DNA of 61,964 nt, the filler included, from Hausera hauseri (Eukaryota): assembly GCA_046269625.1 (NCBI GenBank). It is 10 parts of 10 records of this genome, joined end to end, with 100 filler letters (N's around TTAATTAATTAA, not from the genome) between each part and the next. Parts side by side here need not be neighbours in the genome. Positions count along the whole stretch, not along the records: positions 22,598 to 26,790 come from JBJURY010708770.1; positions 26,891 to 37,640 come from JBJURY010156644.1; 8 more parts are not named here. One strand, 5' to 3'. A program made the position numbers and the translations under genes. This document shows, piece after piece, positions 24,150 through 37,740 of this stretch. Below the pieces are notes generated by a model. It worked only from the letters and a program-made list of their open reading frames with translations. It was not told where the DNA came from and ran no database searches. Within the stretch, counting starts at the first letter, position 1. Each line of letters starts with the position of its first letter.

Positions 24150-25990
24150 TTTTCCATCGATTTTCTTCGTATGCTTTAAGCATTGTTTCGAAAGGTGTTA
24201 TAATTGCGGTTAAAATCTTACAGGAAAATCCGGTTAATGTGAGTATTTCGTATCCGTTTACGATAGCTTGTATACTGCTTTAATTAATTGTACTAAGACG
24301 TAGATGGCTAAGAATCCAGATGCAGCTTGTCCGATAATTAAAAATCTTCCCCAAATCTTGTACAATATTTCGGAAGTTACTTTTTGGTAGTGATTTGCGC
24401 CAAGTAGGGATTCCCACTTAGCCTGATATCGGGTGTCGTCTACAACCGAGGTCACGGCTCAATTTAATTCATGCGTTCATTGTCAGGGAAACGCGAGAAA
24501 TTGTCTAAAGGCTTCGATTTTCTTAGGCCTATATATGCCTTTTGATAAAGTGTCCTGAAATTTATCATCCGTATTTCCTCTCGCATGATTTGTTCCTGTT
24601 AATTTTTTCGAGGTAGCAGTAATACCTCCATTCGGTAAACTGACCCAGTCTGTCTCACTACGTCTAAACATGGGTTCTCCTAAGCTCGCTTTACAATCTT
24701 TAAGGATAGTAAGTTGGGTTGCATTATCAAATAATACTCTCGTCAATGGTGTAGCTAATGTGGAAACGTTTTGATAGATAACCGGAAGTTCCTGGATGCA
24801 ACATTTTTCTTCTACATTGACGGGTACATCTCTCTTCTCACATTCATAAGTTAGTAGTACTTCGCATGTGATACAACCAAAAATTTCCTCTCTCATAAGA
24901 ATGATTGGAGAAGCCAGTTCCGGATTGGCGTATATAAGAGCCAGTTTTGTCCTCATGATCTCAGTATCCAGTTTACAGTCATTTGTTATTATTTTGTGGT
25001 ATTACTAGGTTATTCCAGTTTGTCCTTTGTAATAGAAATAATCATCTCTATTCTTCAGGTAGTCCTCAATTCTGATATCTTGCGTTTTTATAAACTTATA
25101 AGTCCTTGCATTTATCTCAGTTTCAGCTACGAAGAGCGCTTTGTAGTTAGTATCAAACATCACCACATCACGTGACATTATTTCCTTCTTGATAAATTTT
25201 AGTCCACGCTGATCGGAGATTAATATGGTAGGCGTAGGATGTTCTAATACATCCTCGCGCGTCCTTGAATTGGTATCCAGTTTATCCACGTATCTTTTTC
25301 CGGTTGTTTCATTAAACTTAAGTTCTTTAATTTTAATAAAATTACAGCTTCTTGCTGAGGGAGGTTTCCATATTATAACCGAGCTCCTAAAAGCACAGGT
25401 CCCACCTTGTAAATGGCATTTTTGATTCTCCGTATATAACTTGGTGACACTATGAAACATTACTATCCTTGTTCTCATTTCTGATTTGTAGAAATCCACA
25501 ACTACTATATTTGTTCTAATCCTTTACCAGTATCATATTCAGCTCCACTACAGTGTCCAATGTACATGTCTAACCTTCCGCCTACCACTTTTTGTGCTCT
25601 AATTATTTTACCAGCTTGCATTTCTAATTCTATATTGTCGCATTGTACTCTTCCAGTCTCTTTAGCTTGTTTGCAGTGCTGCCGTTCCAAGTTCATGGGA
25701 ATTGGAGGAGTTGTCGGTTTGATTATTGAAGAATGTCCGAGTATTAACCCACAGTGGAAGATACTGCGAGATCGTCACAACATGCATTCCATTCCGTCTT
25801 GTGATATCAACTCTTGTTGATAATATAAGAAGTAATTCTTCTCTCTTGTTTCTAATTTGTGTGGTCGGGCATCTTCGCACGCCTCCAGATCCATTAGACA
25901 ATATCTTTCACCCATCTTAAATTTATCACAGTCGTATATAGTGACTGCTCCTAGCTGTTTTACTAACATCATTATTGTTAACAAATTGAC
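24150..25990 (-). pseudogene. Class III fusion glycoprotein (herpes gB / chuvirus G-like env), frameshifted
   Basis: Signal-like LLTIMMLVKQLGA then IYDC..YCLMDLEAC; LERQHCKQAKETG; C..QGGTC..VIIW; NPELA..EVLLTYEC..CIQELPV..TPLTRVL; TM KIWGRFLIIGQAASGFLAIYVLVQLIK. Confidence 0.78.
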
Positions 25991-26247
25991 TAACCAGTTG
26001 GATTCATTGACTCTATTTAAAGAGATATTTCGTATCATATCTTCTAACTTATTAGTTCCTTTTGCATTTTCCACTTTTTCAAACAATTTAGTCCACTTTA
26101 TTTCTTTGGGCACCCTTCTTGCAGCTTTTCTAGCTAATCCGATCGTCTTGTCAAATTCATTTTCTCGGAGAGGGTTAGTTCTTACCGTCAAATATATCAA
26201 GACTTTCCTTAATTCTTCAGTTGTATTATCTATCATAATTCTGTCAA

Positions 26248-26790
26248 TCACTGTTTCGTCAGGGAGGGTGCTTTTAGATAATTTAAATCGCGAAGTTTCA
26301 TGGTCCGAGCTACATTATATATTAGTCTTTCGTTTTTGGACAGTGTGTTACCTTGTAGTCCGGTATAATTAACTATTCTTATTAAATCTTTCATTAAGTC
26401 GATTAACTCTTCATTATCTGAACTTGGAGTGGGTACTGATAGTTGTCTTAGTTCCCTAATCAGATCGGCGTTATAGTCTACTTTTATTTTTCTTGGTCTT
26501 CCGGCTGGTCGTTTTAGTTTCACTGGTGGTAAGGTTTCACTCAGCGGGACCAAATTTTTATCATATTGCGGTTTGTCTTCATCCGTCGGTAAGTATTCAA
26601 AGTACATTGCGGCATTCTGAATTCCCATAATTTTCCCAACACAGTTTTGTGTATGTGCCTTCCTTGTGGCTTCGTCTTTGGTTTGCTCATTAGTAATTAT
26701 TGCTATTATCCGATTCACTTCGAGTGGTATAATTCCTACGTCTATTAAGAACTCTGGCTCATCTAATATCCTACCTCTGAAATAGAGTCT
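26248..26790 (-). CDS. Unknown ORF upstream of env with a UBL-like motif and an AT-hook, 5'-truncated
   Basis: The frame is open from the contig edge: RLYFRGRILDEPEFLIDVGI.., later KRPAGRPRK. Confidence 0.45.
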   Translation of the reverse strand, partial: RLYFRGRILDEPEFLIDVGIIPLEVNRIIAIITNEQTKDEATRKAHTQNCVGKIMGIQNAAMYFEYLPTDEDKPQYDKNLVPLSETLPPVKLKRPAGRPRKIKVDYNADLIRELRQLSVPTPSSDNEELIDLMKDLIRIVNYTGLQGNTLSKNERLIYNVARTMKLRDLNYLKAPSLTKQ

Positions 26791-28202
26791 NNNNNNNNNN
26801 NNNNNNNNNNNNNNNNNNNNNNNNNNNNNNNNNNTTAATTAATTAANNNNNNNNNNNNNNNNNNNNNNNNNNNNNNNNNNNNNNNNNNNNTATATTAACA
26901 TGATAAATTGGAGATTTCTATATTTAATGAGTTTGTTGGTTGTTATTGTTGAAGGGTTTGTATTTGTAGTCTAAATTTAATGGGTTTACAACCAACATAC
27001 AGATATTGTGATAAGTTATGAAGGTGGTGAGTTCGAGTCGGTATGACAACCATAGGTTATCCAGCGCCTGATGTATAATATATCCGCTCATTATTTGTTC
27101 AGTCTTTGATGGAGTTCGTATTTATCATTTTAATTATATTTTAAATCTTCTCTTTGGTATATATCATTCAATGTGCGTTATCCATATGTGAATGATAATA
27201 TATATTTAATATTTCTCCAATAAAATGCTAATTGCTAGGACAAATAAATAACAATCTAGTTAGTGATTTTATTATCTTTCCCTTTTCTTTATTTAATTAC
27301 TTTTTATTCATTCTGCGATTGTACACCTGTAACTAGATGCTAAATCCATCGCTTTACTCTATACAATACATGGTCTTTACCTAATTATAATACCTTACAA
27401 CGTTTTCGAGTTATGACCCAATTTCTCAATCTCATTTTGGTTCGCATATGTTTATTTTTGCATATTCGCATTTCTTGCCCGAAACAAAGGCTTCTTTCTC
27501 CTCTTTTATTGCTTACATATTCATGGTAGACAGTAACAGGGGAACCAGATATATCTTTGATAACATCTTTATTTTGTATTCATTCGAGTAATGATAACGC
27601 AATACGTATATTAATTAATTCCAGCACTGCCAAAAAATTGACAATATCAGTATATCAAATCATTAGGTACTCAGAAATCGTGTCGCTCGCAAATCGGATT
27701 TCTGAATGAATCATAAAATTTTATGAATAACGTTTCTTAAACAACAATATATCGATACATAAAATATGTGCAAGGTGTGACCAAAGAGTAATCATAATCA
27801 CATATTTATATTCAAAATTGAATATTTTACCACCTACCATATTGATCTTGATCCAAAGTTCTCTGATTGTTCACATCTTGACACGACATTGCAATTCTAT
27901 TGGGATAGTATTAATACAGAATTTGACTACTTTGGGAGCGATACTTTGAACAGTTTTCTATTTCACAATCTAGTACCAATGAAGTAACTATCGGATTTGG
28001 CTAATGATCAGGAAAACGTAAATTCTTCGTTTATCTAATAAATTATTATTGAATCAATAATGATTATTCACTGAGTAACCTGTAAAGTTATTTAAGTGTT
28101 TCCAGGTATTTCACTCAGTATGATGTTAGAAATATCTTCTGATTCTTCCTTTTGTGTTTTAGTTGTTGTTGTTTTCTAAATGTTGTCGGCTTATATACCG
28201 TT

Positions 28203-28470
28203 CGACACATAATTTTTAAAATTACTAATTGATTTTTGTAACCACATTTTCAATTTAACGTAATAATTCGGCTAATGCAAATGCCGGGTGTTTAATGCAT
28301 TATGGTTAATTTTGATAATGTCGACCTATGTTTTTTAAAATTGCTAATTGATTTTGTAACCATACTTTCTATTCAACATAATAGACCGAATAATGTAAAT
28401 GCCGGGTGTTTAATGCATTGTGGTTGATTTTGATAATGGTACAACATGTGTTTTTCAAATTTTAATTCGT
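28203..28470. repeat. Imperfect tandem repeat, unit about 118 bp, about 2.3 copies
   Basis: Repeated ..aaatgccgggtgtttaatgcatt(a/g)tggtt(a/g)attttgataatg.. and ..taaaatt(a/g)ctaattgatttt..gtaacca. Confidence 0.85.
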
Positions 28471-28782
28471 TTTCCGCAATATAACCATATCTCCATTTCA
28501 ATTATTATTTGGTTTATTAATTACTGTATTATGAAAATCCTTAATTCCATTTCTATTCAATATCACAAAACAATAACAATTTCTACTTGATATTATCTGA
28601 TGTAAACCTATATATTTTTTATATTCTAAATCTTATTCCTATCCCTAACAAAATGTGATTCAATGAACCTTCCTATGGTCACTCCACTCTGGTTAACAAT
28701 ACGCGTACAAATGACAGGGTTAATATCTATACATAATGTTGACAAAAATTACTTTGAATTGCTTTCCTAACCGTTGGCTTAA

Positions 28783-30207
28783 CATTAGATTTACCACAGG
28801 GTCATTTGGACCCGTCTGAGAAAACTTTGTTAATTTTTTTCAATAAAATTCTTGCCGTATTTTATGAGAGTATTTTAATTTTACTTGCATTTGTAAGACA
28901 ATTGCAAATCTTATCTTTCCTGTCTTCTGGTTTCGGAGAAATGTATATAGTATACCTACTTTTACCGAAAGGTATATTATATCTGCCAGCACATTTTCAT
29001 TTATTTGCTTACTTTCTTTTATTCCATAATTGTATTGTATTTAGATACACGCTTTTTCGTTTTTTCACTTTTTTATATGGATGATGGTCTGTAGAAGGGG
29101 ATTTTTGGATGAGAGGGTAGAAAGGAAGAGTAGTTTACTGCAATTACATTCTGCGCAGAAATCATTTCCGCCTCACGCGATGCATTACACTTATACATAT
29201 AAGTGGCGACATTTTCTCTAGCTCGGACTAAAATATTTGAATCGATAAAAAAGATTTCACTCGTATTCCGATGAGAGTCAGTGTTGACGGAACTGTATGG
29301 AAAAAATAAAAGAAAGATGCACTTCTGGAGGACAAAAATAGTTTTACTTTCAACTAAAATCATAGTCCCACAGGCTACGCAAAAAAAAATTAGTGAAAGG
29401 TAAAGTAGGTATCTCCTTTTTCTCGCTAATCAATAAGTAAATTATTTCGCACATGAGATTATTTACAGAACTAGAGGCTTTGCGAGTTTGGGAACAGATT
29501 GGAAATTCAGGAAAGAAGAATTTTGCGCATTTTTAGCAATTTTATATGCACGGGGTGCATACGAAGCGAAGAATTTGAAGATGTCTTATGTGTGGTCTAA
29601 AAATGGGGACCTCCCTTTTTAGAGAAACCATGAGTAGAAACAATTTTACGAACATTTTACTGTTCATCCTTTTTGATAAAAAAACTGAATTGTAATAATA
29701 CAATTACTGTGTTGACATGACAGACCAAATGGCTCGAAAATATACTGTAAAATCGTCATCTCAAAGATGGCCTCTGCAAGTCTTACAGTATCCTAGATTT
29801 TACTGGGATCAATTCGTGGGTATTATATAAAGAAACCACTGGTGAAAATATATCTAAGAAGGAGTATTTGTTCCAGTTAGCAGAAGAACTTGCTGTAATT
29901 ACAAAGGTTAATATGAATCAATAAATTTGAATGAGCTGTTGATGGATGCAATTGAGAGTTCCGGAACAAGACAAAATGCCAAATAGGCTTTTGCAGTGAA
30001 AATAAAACTCAAGTTACCTGTGACAGTTGCAAATGAAAAAGAATAAAAACAATTTCTAATAAATGTAATTTTATTGAGGTTCGTTTTTTCTCCTTTAACT
30101 TCATAATAGATAGGTCAATTTATATTTTCTCTATTTAAATACCGAAAGGGGTCATTTTGACCCCATTGGTAGAAATAGGTATATGTAAAGTCATGGTAAA
30201 CCTAGTG
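28783..30207 (+). mobile_element. Internally deleted piggyBac element with TTAA target duplications
   Basis: TTAA|CATTAGATTTACCA ... TGGTAAACCTAGTG|TTAA (12/14 TIR match); subterminal gggtcatt..gaccc at both ends; transposase remnants ETMSRNNF..ILFD and VDMTDQMARKYTVK..RWP..INSWVLYK. Confidence 0.88.
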
Positions 30208-33200
30208 TTAATGACAGAAGGATATGACATCGAATCAAGGCGAATATTCATTAAATTTTAAATGAAAAGAAACAAAAAATTGACGATATTTTCGTCACAG
30301 ATAATACAGAAAAGCCAGTGTTTGGATCAATGAAGTAAATTGAAAAATAAATGAATGACATAAGTACTATCCATTGAATATTCACAATCAATAAAACAAT
30401 TATTGATATTTTAACAAATACTATTTTCCAATTTGCATAACATTTTAAACAACTGTCTAATATGATTTAGTCTAATTTTTCTTTACTCCGGAAAAGTCGA
30501 ATGAGTTCGATCGAGATTGACAAACTTGTTTATTTAGTTAGTCGAATAGCTATTCTTGTTTAATCTGCCTGCCATTTGTAATTAGAAGAAAGCGTAGCAC
30601 AATATTGTTGGATTTTACCGCAATTAAACTTCAACAAGGTGAAGGTAGGGAAAAATAGACTTATAGCGAGTTCGATACTGGTAAAGGTCTTGACAGCAAA
30701 CGAATGACACCAAACGGCCAACGCTATGTTACAATCGTTTTAAATTTAATTAGTCTTACTGTTTATTCAATTACTTAAGGTCAAAAATATTGGTAGGTCA
30801 CCAGGGATCGAGTTGACAACCTCTGTAATGTAGAATTGATTAATTATCAGATTTAGCATGTCGCCAATTAGAAGTAAAACCTATAAGCGGTAATTTAATT
30901 ATTATTTATTGACATATCAATGGGTAAATTACGTTAGAAACAAATAAGGCATAACAAGTTAATTTAATTTTTAACAGTGAAACTAAAAATGAAATTGTGA
31001 TAAATAATAAAGCTCATTACATAGAATAAAAATAAACTTACACATTAAATGTCGTATGTTAGGTTAAAAAGAAACTCTTCTTTCAAATTAGCAGAAAATT
31101 TTACTTTTGTTTTTGCTTATTCCTTTATTTTTCTTTTGCGTATGTTTTTACGTTTGCTGCTAAATCTATTTATATGTGGTGGATAGTGCACGTGATACAA
31201 AGCTGTCTGCAATAAAATCATAAAAATCATAATAAATCATAAAATCTGTTAATCAAGAGGCGAATGTTTATCGACAACTGTATTGATGGTGACTGTGCGG
31301 TAACGTCAGTTATAACAAATGTCAATCTACCGCACAGTCCTTTTTAATACTGATTGGTTGTTATATTGATAAGTGCAATAAATAAACACGAATTTGTAAT
31401 TTTGAATTCAAATTTTATTAGATATTATGACAGAGAGTTGTATACGAAGTTCCGAGCATAAGGGACTTAAAACCGAATTTGAATATTCAGTTGGAATGTT
31501 TAAATGGAGGTAAAGTTTTCTGATTATTGAAATTCGATAAAATGAAAGCATTTAAGAAAAATAACCATCGTGTATGAAACGGTCTAAACATGTCGTGAAA
31601 ATAAAACTTATAATTCAGTTCTAATTTTTTACATAATATTTATGTTACGTTATATTTTTGGGAATTTTTTTATTGATTAGAATTTCCCTGTAGTGTCGTT
31701 ATTCGCACAGGTACTCGTGTAAATGAATAGAAATCAGACAATGATATTTTATCATATTCGACTTGAAAAAAATTCTACACGATATCGGCCATTTCTATGC
31801 CATTCAAATCGATAAAATTACCAATGCTTTCGAAGTTAGTATGCCAAAATAGGTGATGCGGCGTATTGTTCTGCGTATGAATCTAATTTTACGTTAAATT
31901 CATTTTTTATTTCTAATTAAAATGCAGTTTCTGTGGGCTTGCTAATTTTCGAGTTATCAAAATTAAACTGGATACTTTCATTGTTATTCCATTGGATTTG
32001 AGGGATATTCGATTATTTAGTAGATTCCAGTAACTTACCATATTTGAACAAAGCACAATTATTCTTTATAAACACAAATTCCTCTTCATCAGTACTTTTG
32101 GTAATTGATGAAAATAAGGCTGTCCCCATTCGCAATCATCAAATAAATTAAACACAATATTAATATTTAAATCACCATTTTACTGTCAATGAAATATAGT
32201 AAATTAAATCAGTCAATATTCTATTGATGTACAGTATTCTTCTGCAGTATGGACATCTACTCTGGCAAATTTTATTCCATGCTGTCAAAGTCTGCACAAA
32301 TGGAATTTTAACCATTTTATTCATTCTCAAATCGTGATATATAATAAATGGTCATTATTACAGTTATTGTCGACAATTATATTTAAGTATATTTTCTATT
32401 GTTGTCATTTATTAACATGATAAATTGGACATTTCTATATTTAATGAGCTCATGAAAAGAAAGATGTTTAAAAATCAATTCTTAAGAAAACTGACTAGCC
32501 TTATTAGAAAACGAAACGTACTTCTGAAGAGTTGTTCATAATTAATGACGATGTTTATTTGATAACAAAATGGAGATTTATTACAAAAATATGACCAAAA
32601 AGATCAAGTTTTTTATGGATAACAAATAAGGAGATTTATATATGCCACTTTTTCTGTGGACGAATTTTTCAATCGTTTTTGTTGTAATATTGATATTGCA
32701 AAATAAATGTGAAATTAAAATTTTATTTCGATTATTTATGGGCGATGCCTTAGATGTGTCATTTTATTTATTGTATCAATATATTTCGATTGCAACAAAG
32801 AGAAATTTGAGATACACGATGAATTTAATTTTCATTCGTTAACGTTGTTGACAACGATTTTGGTTCTGGTTTCTTCACATATCTTTGCGACGACGACATA
32901 AGGTTGAATGTTGCTTGTCCAGATTGCCCGTGAGTGAGATATTCTAACAGATGGTCTATAATGTGGCATAATCAATAATCAGCTAATTTTTAGCAATTAT
33001 AATTTCACCTTCAGATAAACGTTTGATACTATAAAAATCAATTCTTCTCAGAAATTAATTTCATTTTGTCTTTCAATATATTCAATCAGTTCTTTACTTC
33101 TTGAACACGATTTGATGTTTAATTACTTTGGAATTTCGCGATATTTTTCATAATTGCTCTCTTTCTCATTTTTCTTCCTTTAGTCAAATTATTTATTGCA

Positions 33201-36200
33201 GACAATCATTCATCGATCATTTCTGCATTTCATCTTATCAGAAAACCAAATATTTGACTAAATCGAACAAACATCAGTAAATAAAGGGACTGACATACAA
33301 ACGCACACAGTCAAATTGCATTGTCGTATAAATTTGGTGAATTTACCTCATGTTAATCAACATAAATAATTAATCAATTCTAGTTGAAAATGCAACCATT
33401 AATACAAATACTTATTCTATACAATACTTATGTTGGTTCACTGTCCAAAATTTCAACCTTTATTTCAAAGTTTTTTGTGGATTCCGTTTTGTGCAAATTG
33501 TGAATATTTATTAAATTTTCCTGGGTCGTTAGGATCAAATTTTATTTTTGATTTCCAGATATATTCTGTTTTGCAGAATAATAAAAGTTCTTTGGCTTCT
33601 GGTTCTGCGTAAAGTTTCAAAAATTCTTTAAAGGTATTCGGTTCCCAAATACCGTAGAAGTAATCCAACCTTATTTCTAACTTCACGCTTAAAAACTCTG
33701 AGGACTCAATTTATCAAGATCTTTATATGATGCAGGATAGATTGAATCAAAAATTTATTAATGAAGGTTATTTAAACCAAAAAGGAAAGAATTTATTTAT
33801 TCTTAAAATGTAATTATAATTTACTTTTTGTGTAGTTGACTTATCCTACTTGTGTTTCGGGTGTCTGCGATTAATATGTGGGAATATTTAGCTTACTTTC
33901 AAAGATGAAAAAGTAAAATAGATCACTGGTTTGACATTTACACAATAACAAGACAGAAATAAATTTGATTTTTGGTCCGTCGAAAAAACAATTGATTTGA
34001 ATTATGGAATAGGTTGTATTTGAAATATACAAGCTGTCTGAGTAGAACAGAATTGCACGATGATTGATTTCGCAAAATGTTTGAATTTAATTGACTATCC
34101 GAAGGAAGCGGAATAATTATTTTTATTGAATACTGATTTGAGTAGATCGCAAAGTTCAGAAAAAGGAGTACGATGCTTTAGACAAATTTTCCAAAAGAAA
34201 TGGAAACTGGCGATATAAATGTAAACGTTGAGGGCCAATGGCTTGTTCAAATAAGTCACGGTGTAATTTGAGGGCGATTTATTCCGATTTAACCAACGTT
34301 TATATAGTATTTTGTCAGGTGGTGGTGTGGGGTTTTCGGACTTCAGTTAAGTTACTTTCTGGGGTGCGGTATATAAATATTGTGTTACTTTATTCAGTAA
34401 CATTATGATGAAATTTACTAGTATATTTTGGTTTCGTAGAAATAACTATTTTTACTTCCACATAGCTACAGGCACTGTATCACACAAAAACCAATTTGAA
34501 TTCGGTGGAATAGACTATTTTTAGATATAAACTAAAGCGCTACGTATTTATTTTAAGCTAAAAAGCGCAGACCGCAAGTTTTAACACTTTGAAGTTATTT
34601 CGTATTGAAATGTTGTCAGATTAAGTGGAAATCTGAAGCTAGATCGAATTCGAATATGGTTATGCTGCATCAATGATACTTTCACGCTGAAAAGAAAATT
34701 TTCGCTTGAGAAGAGAACGAAGAAGATGAAGGACGCATTATGACGTGCGATGATGAGAGGATTGTGAAGAAGGCAACTTCAGTATGTAATACATTCGTAA
34801 TAGTAACATTGGTTCATTATTTAATGTGATAATTGTATTTTATTTGGTTTTTGGAATTTGGAATTCCATTACTCTTGTTCATTTGTTAGTTTTGTTGAAA
34901 ATTGCCTTATTTACAGATTCCTTTTACATATACGACAAAATAATCGGATCCATAAATATTCAATCGATCATTAAGTGCTTACATGTTTTATTGATTAAGC
35001 TGTCCACAACAAAAATTATTTACGAGTTTCCTGTTCGATAATTTTGAAATTTTTTTTTAAATTTCTTTATGATTCAAGATTTGTTAAAAATTTTCTTTAA
35101 ATTATTTAACGTTACATTTCGAATAGTTTGTTCAGTATCAATTTAATCAATTTATTCATCATTCAAAAATGCATGCCTAAAATTTGGCATTTTCTCATGT
35201 TTCTTTCTATTTTTCCACTATTTCGTTGCTAGTATACTATCATTGTTCAGTCGAACTATCAAATGGAAATGAGTTGAACATTAATTATTAAATCATTAGA
35301 TCTCGATAATTCGAATATCGAGGTAAACCGAATAAAGTATAAATATCAACGATATTCGATAGAAGGGAATTGTTTTTCGCCCTCGAATTTGCAATATTCT
35401 GAGAAGTTAAGAGGAATTTAAGTGGTACTGAAGAGCCTTGTGAGAAATCGCATGTTCATTTGACTTAACACTCACGATATTATTGTATGGTGATCGTATG
35501 AATCAAATTTGGGACGTACTATTCAATGGTTGCTATTCAATATTGGAAGTATTCCAGATATTTCGTTACCAAACTCGACTTATTCACAGTATTTTAAGAA
35601 ATTTTTATTGGAAGAATTTTGGCAAGGGTAAAAATCGAATTCAGTACACAAGTGATCTGAAATTTCCAACATTAAACTCTCAACGCTGATTGTTCTTCTA
35701 GTTCAGTCAGCTGCACTTTACTGCCAATATTCCTGTATATCCTACTGTGAAAAATTACTCTATCTGAAATGTGTGAGCAATGAAGTTCAAAAATTTATCA
35801 GATTTTCGAGTTTTTTCGCTCAAAATAATTTGTAACGCAAATGGATTATAATTTTCCGAATCGAGTTTAATCCGAGCTTTGATAATAAGACACTTTATTT
35901 ACAACTTGATAGCACTTCAAAAACAACGAAACTCAAGTATTTATTCGACGAAACTAATTGGACTAACAACTCGAGAATTTTCTACATGGATTTCCGAATG
36001 ATGATAATTTTATGAAATTCGTCTCCTTTTGAATGTATTATTCGATTCCATTATGTTTGGATTTTAAATTTCTCATTTTCTGAACATTTACAAATAGCAT
36101 ATTTATTAATTAATCGATTCTACAAATTGTTTTCGAATATTCGTGTAGATACAAATTGAAAATGGGGCATAACAAATTTTGAAATTTATTTTCCGAATAC

Positions 36201-37091
36201 TATATTCCAATTTTATCGATGGAGTTTAAAATTTCAACGAGCTTTGAATTTCTTTAGTATTTATGCAAATCTCAAAAATAATTATATATGGCAGTTTATT
36301 TTGAAAATCAGTTATCTTCATTCGCATATTTACTGCATAACATTATTTTTTCAATTCTTTTGAGTTTTTTATTAAGTGCGTCGATATTACTGCTGTGTAA
36401 CTTCGAATGTGCTGATTAAGTAATTTGTGTGTGTAATTTGAATTTTAGTTTCCAGTCTCGTGAGGATTTGATTTTTTAATGGCAATGAGTAAGTTGAAAC
36501 TTGGAATTATGTTGGATTTATCATTTTGATCAATTCCACTGAAATCGTAATAGCTGGATTGGATTAACTGCGTGAAATATTCGGTCAATTGAATGACATT
36601 GTATATTCTATGTATGATGATGAAATTTGATACGCTATTTATGTATTGATTTCATAGAATTATATGAAATGCCGTCGCACCATATATTGTACACCGAATA
36701 ATATTTCGAAAGGGAATATTGGTTTCCTTTGCAAAATTGTACTGCACATATGCACATTACATATTATAATTTTAGTTCGTTTCGAAATTCGGAGGGATTT
36801 CACTAATTCACAGTGATTTGTTAATGGTATTCGAAATTATAAGAAACCTAATTCACTGATTTCATTTTATGTTGAAGTTGGATATAGTCATCGATTCTCT
36901 TGTTTGAAATTATTATAACACGACAAAATATTCCAAAAGAATTGGTTTATAGTTGAAAGAAAATCGCCTACGAATTATATATTACTGGCTTACAATTAAT
37001 CGATCGAGACTGACAGTTTCTATTTGCAAAGTTTTCAAAATATTCCTAAATTTGAAATGTATTATTATTGTCGTTTGACTATGAAAATGTT

Positions 37092-37640
37092 AGTAGTTAG
37101 AAGGGAGGAGTTGGCACCAACCCCCCTCCCCTCAGGGAAGGAAGGAAGCCAATAGAAGAACACGTCATCGAGGGAAAGGGAAACTGGCGAATGGGAGGAA
37201 GCCACGTCATGGTGGAGAAGGAAGTAAGCCAATAGGAGTAGAGGACCAATCAGGGAGCATTGGTGCCAACTGGGTTTCACTATTCCCACCCCTTTAATGA
37301 GAAAAACATAAGAAAAACATTTACATAACATTTACAAATCTTTATTTATCCAAATAGTGATTGATGAAATAATCTGATTCAGTTTTGTCACTATGGAAGA
37401 CAATTCATATGACAAATACGTTAGATGTCGAATTCTCTTTTCCATTGGTGTTTCTTCTGGAATCCATTCAAATTGGACTCGTAACGTGTCATTTGTTAAA
37501 TCTAAGTATTGTAATGGGAAAAATTTTGGAAAACCACTTGGAATGTTGAGTTCACTTTCAGGTTTTATATAACAAAGCGGACTGCTGTCTGTTGTTATTT
37601 GGTTTGAACATATACAATTGCCTATTTCATTAAGTAGTGA
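37092..37640. mobile_element. Probable Polinton/Maverick terminus (TIR) with the 3' end of an ORF running toward it
   Basis: Abrupt GC-rich block starting AGTAGT (a known Polinton terminal motif) with three CCAAT and two CACGTCA motifs; a minus-strand reading frame runs from the contig end to about 37335. Confidence 0.55.
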
Positions 37641-37740
37641 NNNNNNNNNNNNNNNNNNNNNNNNNNNNNNNNNNNNNNNNNNNNTTAATTAATTAANNNN
37701 NNNNNNNNNNNNNNNNNNNNNNNNNNNNNNNNNNNNNNNN

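Noticed and set aside
14088-26790. One element carrying two different env genes
   Set aside because: The F-type and gB-type env genes lie on different contigs separated by a linker.
26891-26932. About 40-bp duplicate of 32411-32450
   Set aside because: It is a short AT-rich dispersed repeat at a contig edge with no further structure visible.
27768-27800. Mariner-like TIR (caaggtgtgaccaaagagtaa)
   Set aside because: No matching opposite end or transposase remnant could be identified.
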